From Perna viridis (lineage: Eukaryota): DNA of 64,000 bases. The position numbers were made by a program, and so were the translations under genes. The stretch lies in contig CM074519.1 of the NCBI GenBank assembly GCA_037379345.1, positions 42,266,851 to 42,330,850 on the forward strand, written 5' to 3'. Below, in pieces: positions 53,106 to 64,000 of this stretch; positions within the stretch are counted from its first letter, which is position 1; each line of letters begins with the position of its first letter. Under the pieces are notes generated by a model that ran no database searches, was not told the origin of the DNA, and saw nothing but the letters and a program-made list of their open reading frames with translations.

Positions 53106-54004
53106 ATGGCTGGGGCTTAATCTATTGTCTTGCAGCCACCGTTCGAATTCATTACAAGTAACAGTCGAATTACTACCAAAAACCTCCGAAAGAAATATAG
53201 TTCGATACAAAGATACAAATTGTATTTATTCCGCAAGCGAAATTGTAGAAAAAATTGCATGCTCCTAGGTGACCCTCTATGGTTATTTAGACAGCGACTA
53301 CATTTTGGCAGCATCGCAATCTACTGTCTACTGTCTAAATATCAACACAGTCTTTATGATAATTATAGTAATGTTGTGTTTGACTTAAAATATGGATGAG
53401 TTACAACACAATATTATTTTATAGATAAAATTTACACTGGTCTACACGAGTTCAAACTTTATTTTTCAACCTTCACTTTCTTCATCATTTAATATTCATT
53501 TAATATATTCAGCATATACTGATGATAATAATTGTTAAATATCTCAATGATTTCTTTGTTTATAAACGTTTTGTTCCTTGTATTGGTTGTTCAAAGATCT
53601 TTTCAACCCATCATGAATACATCAAAGTGTAGCCTAAGATTATTGGTTAATACTAGGCATATTCCATACTCCCTGGAACCGGCCCGAGATTCCTATATCA
53701 TTACCTAGACGTAGTTGTACCAAGGCGATATGTATCGAAAACTTGGTGGATATGGAAAATGCCTGTAATAACCTATTGTTCACATATTTATTCAATTAAA
53801 GGGAAAATGTATAATGCTTAATGGTTAAATTGACAAACAAATGAAAATGTCAACAAAACAAGAGAATCTAACAGCTTTGCTGCTGTTAATAATATAGAAT
53901 TTGTCATTCTTTATTATAAAATTATATGACATTTATGGGCAATTATCTAAGCAATATAACTGCATATTTCCAATACAAAATTTTGAATAAATGACCTTCT
54001 GAAT

Positions 54005-54175
54005 GCAGTGGCGAATCCTGGGTGCATAGGATTGGGATCCCTTCTTTTTATTAGAAAAATTGTCATTTTTATTTGTAAAATTGATAAAAAAAATGGAAAA
54101 TAATGTCCTAGCACCCCCTTTTTCTGAGGAACCTCGGCTGGCTCCATTTCTTTTCAAAGTACATGGATCCATCCT
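54005..54175. repeat. Degenerate MITE-like element
   Basis: CAGTGGCGAATCC...GGATCCATCCTTG imperfect inverted ends. Confidence 0.3.
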
Positions 54176-54247
54176 TGTAACGGTAGCTCGTTCCTAATAT
54201 TTATCTGGACCGAAGCGTTTTGATAGACCAAACTATTCATATATTCG

Positions 54248-55340
54248 TGTAATCAAGTGAACCAATATAAAAGTGGAAATCAACAGAATGTGATTTAGGG
54301 ACAATGTAAAGACATGGAAAACAGACACAAAAAACAAAGATAATAAAATAACCAAAATAAATTGTACAAAGCAAAAAAGTAAATGAGCAATGGACTCCAT
54401 TAAAAAATGGGAGAACGGACCAGGTGCACCGGGAGGGTAAACGTCCTCTGCTTTTTCTAGAAACACCCGCGGAGTTACTCATAAAAAAGTCAAAGTCCGG
54501 GGTAGACGATGGAGGATAGGAAAACTATGACCCGTTGAACAAATCAGTTTTCAAGGTGCAGATGGATACAACGTAACGTTGCACGAGTTTATGCATGATG
54601 ACGACCATAAAAATTTTGTAGTGGTGACTTCAATCTTGACGCATCATAACCTTGTTCCAGAAGCCTTATTGTATGAAGTCTAGCGCGATACAAAAAGTCT
54701 GGTCAGTTACAACAAACTCTGGCATCATGTCTAAGGTGTGATATGAAAACTAAATACGAAGGTGTTGAAGGGATGTTGCCACATATCAACATAAAGTTGA
54801 TAATACGGAATAAAAAGTTATGGCGTTTGATATATAGCTTTGTTAATAGTTATCATCGATCTTTAAGTATAGGTGGAGATATGAGGCTGTGATGAATGAA
54901 ATCCCCCAAATTAGAATTATTTAACGATAACACGTCATCTATGTAGCGGAAACTGAGATTAAAGCATCTTGCTAAACGACGTTTCTTATTTTGGACCTGA
55001 TCAGCTATTAGCTCGGCATCATTAGAGTGACGAAAAAGGTCCGCATGTAGAGGAGTACAATTTGTTCCTGTGGAATGCCGACCGTTTGTTGAAAACCACA
55101 CTGCACGACTATGTTATCGATCAAAACCGCCAGCATTTTAAAAAACATCCTCTCCGGTATATTTGAAAGGTGATTTGAATTTGTTTTTACAAAGTATCAG
55201 GAATCCTTGCAAAGAACTACATATCTGTATCTAGGTGTACAGACTACTTTGTAGTAACGACAACGTATAATGTTTTTGAGTCGGGTGTAACTGAGTATGG
55301 GGAATAGAAGGATAAATAGTTGAAAAATCATAGGCTGTAA
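54248..55340 (-). mobile_element. Older diverged Naiad-type PLE RT fragment
   Basis: GTNCTPLHADLF, FRYIDDVLSLNN plus diverged UTR. Confidence 0.85.
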
Positions 55341-56034
55341 GGCTAATTTACCCCGAAATATGACGAAATATTTGCTTATTTCTACTTTGTCAATGTACAT
55401 GTAGTTTACGCAGGTTTATTTTAATATGGAGAAAAGTAAAAACCAAATATCACCGCCACGTTCTAAATCTAAAAGCGAGGCGGTCCATAACATTTTCTAA
55501 TAGTCGGTATACTATTTACCAATATATCGACCGAAAGATATTAATGTTAGAAGGCAAACATATAAAATTGTAATGTATAATAGTAATGTACTAAATGCAC
55601 ATTCATTTATGATGTGTACCACATTGTCGAAAAAATGGCGTTTTTATCAATTTGATAGAAAAAAATTGTCATTAGACGAGATATTTGATAAATCGAGATA
55701 ACCTTTCTTTGTATAAAAACATTCGTCCGCAGGATTGCACAATTTCACACCAATCGAATTGCACGTCATTCCAACTCCCAACCTGTCGTAACATTATCTC
55801 TTAAATATCGGAAAGCTGGTGGAGAAGCCGTTACTTCTACTCTACTACCATATACCAAAGCAGTTGTGTCCACATGTCATATATTTCAATTAGTCTACAT
55901 TTATTTATGTTATTATTTTTCCTGATCCTTGAGATTTTAGGAGAAAATACACGTTAAGATATTAAATCAGTTATCATTGTCACACATATTAGTCTCATCT
56001 TAATAATATAGGTAAACAGTAAATTTTGACTCAC

Positions 56035-56215
56035 CATCACACATTTGTATCTTTTCATAATATAAAGGAATGGTAATATTTCCAACTGTACAGCTAATAT
56101 TTGCATCCGTGTGACAAACTGTTATTCTGAATTTTCCATGTAATTTAACACTTTTAATCATACTACTGTCTTCATTCCATTTAATTTCTTTGTGAAGAAA
56201 ACGTTGTTTATTATT
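56035..56215 (-). CDS. Isolated exon, probable C-terminal half of an Ig-like domain
   Basis: TATAG acceptor, G|GTGAGT donor, 181 nt, phase 0-1, open: ...VKLHGKFRITVCHTDANISCTVGNITIPL... Confidence 0.55.
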
Positions 56216-57201
56216 CTATAAAATATAAATACTAAAAAATTACTACCATTACATGGAGAGAATTATGAATAAAAAAAGATATGGACTCGACCCAAAACAG
56301 GATATCGACTGCGAATTGCACCGCTAAAAGCTTGTCTAATTTAGAAAGGGGGAATCCCATTATTAATGTTATTGAAAACATTTTTAAAACACATATACTT
56401 AATTCATATTGACATTTAACATAGCCATACATTTTATCTTAATTTGTTTCTCGTCTATCACGAAAACTTCAGAAAAAAAAAACCTCAGTAATTATTATAC
56501 GAGATACTTAAAAAAAGTGGAAATCATGGGTATAGGGTTAACCATTATAGAAAGCTTCGCTGAGTGCAGCATGATAGGACCACAGTGGTCAAACCCTGTA
56601 GATACCTGTATTTTATGTTCATGAGCGGGTGTACGTCAAAACATGGAAGGTACTTTAATGTGGCATTTTCTTTTTGCCTTTCTACGAACTAATGTTTTAT
56701 CAAAAGATAAAAACAGAAAACAATCATTTATAGTTCAATACTACTTCTCTTTACGATCTTCGTGGACTCACCCTACTCTTTTTTGCGGAAAATTATTTTT
56801 TCATGTGTCCTTAGACATGCTACATAAATGAAAGTTTTATTGAATCAATTTACATATTTTTATTCTAAAATCCTAAACATATGCACTTCTATGGGAATAT
56901 TTATGACCTGAAAGGTTTGGGCAAATGTGGACACAATATCAGTTTTGGAAATACTTCAAAATAGGGACTTACAATTCATTATGGACACGACCACTGGTTT
57001 GAACACTATATTGCAGAAAATTTGAAATTCAATAAAAATTTTCAAACAACGACGACAGCGCAATACCAATATACGAGCGCTTTTTTTTCGTTATAAGAAT
57101 GTCCTCAATTATTCATCGTATAGTATGGACCATATGGCAGAATCAATGTTAAAGAAATACTTGTGCATAACTTTAAGTAAATAGAATGTTATACATTTTC
57201 A

Positions 57202-57989
57202 AAGAGTAATCAAGGGAACCAAGGTTATAGCGGTAATCAAAAGAATATAATCCAGGGACAAAGACCAGACATGGAAAACAGACATACACAACAATGAACA
57301 TAAAGTAACTAAAATCGTAAATACAAAGTAACAAAAACAAATGAGCAACTAGAACTCCACTAAAAACTGGGAGCATAGACCAGGTGCACCGGTAGGATAA
57401 GCGTCCTCTGCTTTTCTAGAAACACCAGCCGAGTTGCTCATAAAAAGTCAAGTCTGGGGTATACAAACGAGGAAAGGAAAACTATGACACGTTGAATAAA
57501 TCAGTTTTCATGGTGCAGATGGGTACACCGTAACTATGCACGAGTTCATGACGACGACCATAAAACTTCTGTAGTGATGACTTCAATCTTGTAGCAACAT
57601 AACCCTGTTCAAGAGGCCTATTTGTTAGAGTTCTAGCGCGATACAAAATGTCTGTGTAGTTTCGGCAAGCTCTGGCATAACGTATGAGTTGTGATATGAA
57701 CAATCCATACGCAGGTGCTGAAGGGATGTTGCCACAGACGAAAGGAAAGTGGACAATTTTGAATGAAAAGTCATCACGTTTGTCGTAAAGTTTGGTCAAT
57801 AGTTTTCCTTTACCATCGATTTCTATGTGTAGGTCAAGATATGAGGCTAACTTCACATTGTCTGTAGTATCCTTTATCGCAAGTTCTTTGGGACAGATGC
57901 GATGGATCAAATCCCCGAACGTTAGGATTGTTCAAAGATAATACGTCATCTATATAGCGGAAACTGAGATTAAAGGATCTAGCTAAACG
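57202..57989 (-). mobile_element. Naiad-type PLE RT 3' fragment
   Basis: FRYIDD, YDKRDDF, ISQLIRYARAC plus UTR. Confidence 0.92.
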
Positions 57990-58325
57990 AGGCATCTCAA
58001 TTTGTCCGCATATGACAAGTTAGCTCCCTTTATAATCTTTCGGTAAGAAAGCTTATCAGATGTTTTCGTTGCCTAATTTTTCTGCCAAAATTTATTAAAA
58101 TCTACCGATTCTTCAAAAATTCAATAGAGGCCTTAAACGGCGAAGTTATTTAGTTTACATCCGTGAGTGTTTTGTATTACTTTCGATTTCTCCTACGAAT
58201 CGAGTTAAATTTCCAAAAGTAATTTTCAAAGTTTGAAATGTAAAATTTGGAATAAAATCCCTTTCAGGATCCTTAAACTTCACCGATCGTGACTGCATTG
58301 AATTGAAACAAAATAATCTGTAATC

Positions 58326-59926
58326 AACAAGAGGCTCCCAGGAGCCTGAATTGCTAACCTGGTCGAATTTTGTCTTTTAAGGGCAATAAATTTAAGTTGT
58401 CCAACAATTTGGACTCAAAAAGACTATGGTAGGATTTATCATAAGGATCATTTCAGCAACTGAAAATTTCTATCTATTATAGTTTTCGAAGTATTGGCCA
58501 AAAACTGTCAAATAGCCCTTATTTTTCCCCTTTCAATGGCAATAACTCTTACAAGGAGTCGTCTGACAATTTTTATTCCCGAAGACTTTTGTAGTCTTAA
58601 TAATAACGATCATTTCAGCTATTGCAAGAATTTTGCTAAAGTTAAAGGTTTAAGAAATATATGTGAAAAACAACTGCCTTACCCCCTTATATTCTATTTT
58701 TAGTAACAGAGGTCATGTCTTCGAACAGATAAAAAATCCCCACATGAGTTATATGCAGGATACCCGTAGAAACATTTCGGCTCTAATTGGTCAAGTAGTG
58801 TCACATGAGAAGATTTTTTGAAAGAAATAACATCAATAAAAGAACATCGTTCCAATGCATCCCCCGCCTGCGAAAACGACGTGCAAAAACCCTTTTAATT
58901 TTCAAAGTCCAAAGGCCATAACATCCGTAAAAATCATTCAACCATAGCCAAAGTCGAACTTAATCTGTAACTTCTCATAGTAAGACTACATATAAAATAT
59001 AAAATGAGTTGGTAAAAGCATTACAGAAAAGAGCGGAAAACTGTAAATTCATTGAAATTGTTTAAGTCCACGGGCCGTAACTTCCGTAAAAAATCTTTCA
59101 ACCGTATCCAAAGTCGAATTTAATCTGTAACTGTTCATGATAAGGCAACATACCATAAAACAAATTTATTTGGAAAAAAAGCATAACAATACAAGTGTGT
59201 AAACGCGAACGGACGGACTCCCGGCATTTCCATGTCCCATCGCGACAGATAAAAAATCCCCACATGAGTTCTGTGAAGGATACCCTAAGTAACATCTTGG
59301 TTCTAATTGGTCAAGTAGTGTCAAAGGAGAAGATTTTTTGAAAGAAATAACATCAATAAAAAAACATCGTTCCAATGTATCCCCCCCCCCCCCCCGCGAA
59401 AACGAAGTGCAAAAAAAACCCTTTAAATTCACTTAAATTTTCAAAGTCCAAGGGCCGTAACTTCCGTTAAAATCAATTAACCATAACCAAACTCAAACTT
59501 AATCTGTACCTTCTTCTCATAGTAAGACTACATACAAAAGATAAATTGGTATAAGCATTACAAAGAAAAAAACGGAAAACTGTAAATTCATTGAAATTGT
59601 TAAAGTTTAAAGGCCGTAACTTCCGTAAAAAATCTTTCAACCGTATCCAAAGTCGAACTTAATCTGTAACTGTTCATAATAAGGCAACATACCAAAAAAA
59701 AATTATTTGGAAAAAGCATAACAAAACAAGTGTGTAAAACGCGAACGGACGGACTCCCGGCATTTCCATGTCCCCTCGCAACGCGACACGCGGCACAAAA
59801 ATAGTAAAACACATGTCACTTCCATGCAAGTTTGAAACGCATAGTCCTGTTGAATCAGAACTATTTGCTAAAGTGTCAACAATGTGTCGCATACTGTTCT
59901 TGCCAAATCAATTGTAATAATTTACG

Positions 59927-59957
<31 letters not shown>

Positions 59958-60435
59958 CATAGGAAATCCAGTAAGATAATTCATGTGGGGAAAGAACTAA
60001 AAAACAACTGAAATTAGGAACAACAATCATCTTTTGTATAAGAAGATATGACCTCTAAAATATTAACGAGGACAAAAGAGTATTATTCGTTTCATTAATG
60101 TATAAATGTTAGTACAGACAAAGATTACGATGTGAAACAGCCTCACTTGAATCTTGAAGCTATCCTGTTTCCTATTCCGAAATACGCATTAACAAAAGAA
60201 ATTATCAAAACGGAAAACGTTGCAAACTATTCCGTCGGACCCCTATGTTATGTCTTTTAGTAACGGCGGATCTATTCACGACGAATTAAAACTCCCCACA
60301 GAATACCCACAGGAACATTCATATAATTTTTTAGTTTTAACGGTTTTGAAAAATTGTTAATGACGAAGGACGATGACGACGACGGAAGCCAAGTGATGGC
60401 AATAGCTTACATGGCCTTTGGCCAAGTGAGCTAAA
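58326..60435. mobile_element. Helentron-associated non-autonomous (HINE-like) composite with internal tandem repeats
   Basis: Starts AACAAGAGG...GCTAACCTG, ends in hairpin AGCTTACATGGCCTTTGGCCAAGTGAGCTAAA; ~520-bp internal duplication (about 58728-59245 and 59246-59785) with shorter subunits. Confidence 0.65.
59929..59957. repeat. (AAT)n microsatellite
   Basis: Direct reading; an (ATT)n run also lies at ~20848-20873. Confidence 0.95.
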
Positions 60436-60514
60436 CAATTAGAAAGTCCAAGTGAAAAAATACATGCGGACAAATCAAACGGTTTTTTTTTTTATTATAT
60501 ATACAAACAAAGAA

Positions 60515-60745
60515 AAACGTTTCACGTTAATTCGTGTAAGTTGCGCCTTATTTTTGCGTAAGTTCCAAGAATAACGCGAAATCATCGCGTAAGTTCGCGC
60601 AGGTTTCGCTTAAGTACAAAAAAGTATCGAGTTAATTCGCGTAAGTTTTGCATTATTTTGCATTATTACATAAAGGTATCGTGTAAGTTTTAACGCGATT
60701 TTTTTTTCTTTTAATCTAAGAAAATGAGCTCAATAGGCTTTCGTA
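60515..60745. repeat. CGCGTAAGTT-rich subrepeat array, probable DNA transposon end
   Basis: Repeated TCGCGTAAGTT units ending GGCTTTCGTA. Confidence 0.35.
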
Positions 60746-60989
60746 CATTCCTTCAGACGTTTAGGTTCACCACAGGCACGATACCCAGACGTACGCTACA
60801 CGCTCACCACATGCACGATAAACGAACGCTCCTAGCATGCGTTTGAACACACGATAGACGAACGCTCAAATCGTGCGTTTAAACAAACGATCTGTAAACG
60901 CACGGTAGACGATACAGGAACGCTAAGATTGGAGACGTGAACTTGATATCCCTGACCTTAATTGAATGTTGTTTTAGTCTAATTATCAA

Positions 60990-61350
60990 ATGCTGGAGAA
61001 ACGTGAACACACCAAATAATGCTCAAACCTTTTTGTAGACTGTTTAATCTAATATTAAATAAAGGAACCTTCCCAATAATATATAATGAAAGTTGCTATC
61101 CTTGATACATAAAAATGGAATGAAATGGACCCATCAAATTACAGAGAATATCAATAATCTCAAATTTTGGTAAATTATTCAACAAAATTATACATGATAT
61201 ACTTCTGACATTTGTTAACTCAAACAATAAAAACCAATAGAAACCAAACTTGATTTAGACCAAAAGCAACAGCTGACAATATATTCTCAATGAAATCAAT
61301 AACTGAGCACCACAAATACAAAAAAGTATTTGCACTCTTTGTAGATCTTA
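60990..61350 (+). mobile_element. Degenerate LINE RT fragment
   Basis: LFNLILNKGTFP, DPSNYR, FGKLFNKII, FALFVDL. Confidence 0.6.
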
Positions 61351-61375
61351 GGATAGAGGAGAGAAGTCTTATTCT

Positions 61376-62095
61376 ATTTTCATGTGACTGTGCTTCTTCT
61401 CTCTTTAATTACAGTCCTTCTGGTCATGTCATCATGCACTAGAAATTTGAATACCATTGAGAATGAACACCTACGGTAGTTTCTCCTTGTCCAATTTACA
61501 GAGAACCACAGCGCCTCGATTGGAAACTTTATTTCAAAACCATAATAGATGCTGTTTAATATTATGCTAAATCGTGGATAAAGAGAGAAAAGGACCGAAA
61601 GAACTAGAAGTCAAGTCCCTGTCAGATTGGATAGGAGCCATCCGATCTTTGGTACGGAATTGCATTGACAATCTGCAGAAATGTGTCAATAACAGACCGT
61701 ATTCAGTGATTGTGAGGCATTTGAATACCTTTTCTTACTATATGATAAATATGTTATTGATTCTGTATACAAAGCTTCGTATAGCATTGTATTTGTTTGT
61801 AAAGCGCTTTACATCAGTTGCCTTATTAAGGAATTGGATATTGATAGTAACATCCGAGGTAATGGCACATACAAACGTACTACTTTTGACAAAGATGAAA
61901 TAATACATAAACACAAGTTCTTCATGTTTCTTCTCAACATCAAAATAAAATGAGAGGACTTGCTTTACTTGTATTGGATTCCAAAACTTCATAAGAATCC
62001 ATACAAAGAAAGGTATATTGCAGGATCTTCATCTTGCTCCACGAAAGAAATGTCAATTCATCTTACAAAGATATTGTCTGCAGTGAATGATGGAA
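61376..62095 (+). mobile_element. Second Naiad family fragment with CxC linker and RT start
   Basis: SCDCASSLFNYSPSGHVI, YREPQRLDW, LYWIPKLHKNPYKERYIAGSSSCSTK. Confidence 0.8.
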
Positions 62096-62844
62096 AGCAA
62101 ACAAATATTACTTTTAAGGTAATAAGATGGCATTTTGATGTTTGCTCATTTAACTTGCTTCTATTGGCTTCAAACATGAATCAACTAAGAGTAAATCCTG
62201 AACGTCCTTGTTTTTTTTTTTTTTTTGTATTTTTTATACATATAAACTTACAAAAATGATGTTTTATATTTTAATTTAAGAACATTATTACTCTACACGT
62301 TCTCATTTTGTGTTTCCTTCAGAAATACTTCATGTTTGATAAAGCTCGTCATTTCTTTTCATTTTATGACATTTCAAGCCTGTCATCGTATAATCATATT
62401 CTCGGAATATTAAGGCTTTTGTTCCGTGAACCTCTCGGCATTGCGTTTTGTATTATGTGTTATCGGTCTTTGAGATTTGAACAGCAAGGTTCCGAACTTC
62501 ATACCTACAAAAATGAAGTCAACTAGGAGCTCTGTTCCAGACAACATAAAACGAAGACGCAAAGTGGTCTTTGTCATACATTCAGCATTCTTAGGTAAGT
62601 AAACATCTGGGTTATATATACACTGCATAATCGATGTACATGAACGATATGTTTCATTTATGTACAAACCTTATTTTATTTCTTTTCATATTTTATCAAG
62701 TATATATACATTGAATGTATTATTTAAATAGAATGGCGAACGCCGCCAAGCGTTGTGCTCTACAATTATTACATTAACTATCTAAATTCCCCGATATACT
62801 ACCGAAAAAAAAGTCATGCCTCGAAAGTAACAAAATTTTTAATG

Positions 62845-63600
62845 AGATCTTAGTTCTTGTGTACAATTAAAGTGACCAGCTTTTTGTTTGAATCTTGCTG
62901 CTTGTGTACAAGATGATTAAACATCTTGGCGATTGTTTACAAGATGACTGACAAACTTATTGTTAAATTATTGGTGCTTGTGAACAAGATGAGTGACAAT
63001 TTATTTTTGACATTTACGCGCTTGTTAACAAGATGAGTGACCTATTTATTGTTGAGATCTTAAGACCGAAAATGAAATCGTAGAAACGGTTAAAACATAC
63101 TGGTATCTTGCATTACAATACATTATACTGGTAATTTAAATCTAGTCAAAACTATTTTCGTGGAAAAAGACAGAAAACCCTTGTATAAGATTAAAAAAGG
63201 TGTGTCATTAGACAACCTTTGCAACTTGTTAGAAAACTACTTGGCATCCTAGTAACGCCATTTCATATGGACATGAGGTTTTGAGAGCTCATAGAAAATG
63301 TCCCATTGGTTCAGATCCTCATATATATTTAAATTTAGAATTTATGAATAAATTTTGTTTGTCCACAATAAGCAACAAATATTGCTTGCTTGACCGAAAC
63401 TAATATAAAGCCCCCTACACCTACAGACACAATTGAAGACTATTAAATTTCTTAATCAAAACGAGAACAAGAACACATTGATTCTCTGTTAGAGTGGGTA
63501 AAGTCTGTGAGGTAAACAAAGACCGAGATCTCAACAAAAAGAATTTTCACATTACTTGTACAAAAGTACAAAAATCTCAATAAAATTGGTCACCCATGAC
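62845..63600. repeat. Degenerate tandem units (CTTGTGTACAAGATGA core) with an inverted copy, MITE-like
   Basis: About 5 units at 62855-63062; reverse-oriented units at ~63525-63600. Confidence 0.45.
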
Positions 63601-64000
63601 TTATTTTTCAATGAGATAAACAATGTATATACAAGGGTTATTATGAAAAGGAATTAGGTATATATGAATTCAGGAGACACGATAAATGGCTCTGGTGTAA
63701 TTAAGTAGACAAGTACACCGATAATGCAGTGCACATTAATGTACTGTCAATGTATATCTCGACGTTTTCAAGAAAGAAGCACTTTTCGCTAATTTCCTCA
63801 AAATTTCATTCCTCAATGAAAAGTTGTATGATAGAGTATTTAAAAGGCAAAATATCAGTAATCTGTTAGACATTTTGTCTGATATTATGGACAAAAACTA
63901 GTGAGGAATTCTCCTTGACCAATATAACCAAAATGTTAGCACTAACATACCTACGAATGCTGAATATTGCAAAAACCCATTGTGTTTTTGTTGGTTTTAT

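Noticed and set aside
62845-63065. CRISPR-like array
   Set aside because: Units are degenerate, the spacers resemble each other, the context is eukaryotic and there are no cas genes.

Overview
AT-rich eukaryotic genomic DNA, most likely from a bivalve mollusc (inferred from the repeat families and gene style). Most ORF-track entries are repeat-derived or spurious. Main content: (1) A spliced immunoglobulin-superfamily receptor gene on + (29483-41286). It has a signal peptide, 5 Ig-like exons, one inactivated FN3 exon, a TM exon and a cytoplasmic tail rich in tyrosine motifs ending in an ITAM-like YESL-x9-YVNI. A decayed paralogous tail exon lies at ~5.9-6.3 kb and a lone Ig half-exon lies on - at ~56.1 kb. 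(2) About 16 fragments of one Penelope-like (Naiad-type) retroelement family with a conserved, strongly structured 3' UTR, plus two other Penelope-like fragments. (3) A nested TE complex at ~11.2-22.9 kb: a Gypsy-like element interrupted by a BEL/Pao element and by a CACTA-type element with a TAT TSD, both carrying further insertions. (4) LINE fragments (CR1/L2-like, RTE-like), a SINE-like family with a non-tRNA structured head, a tRNA-derived element, a Helentron-associated HINE-like repeat, long hairpins, tandem duplications and a 133-N assembly gap. All calls come from manual reading and translation; no database searches were run, and TE boundaries are approximate unless a TSD or TIR is cited.
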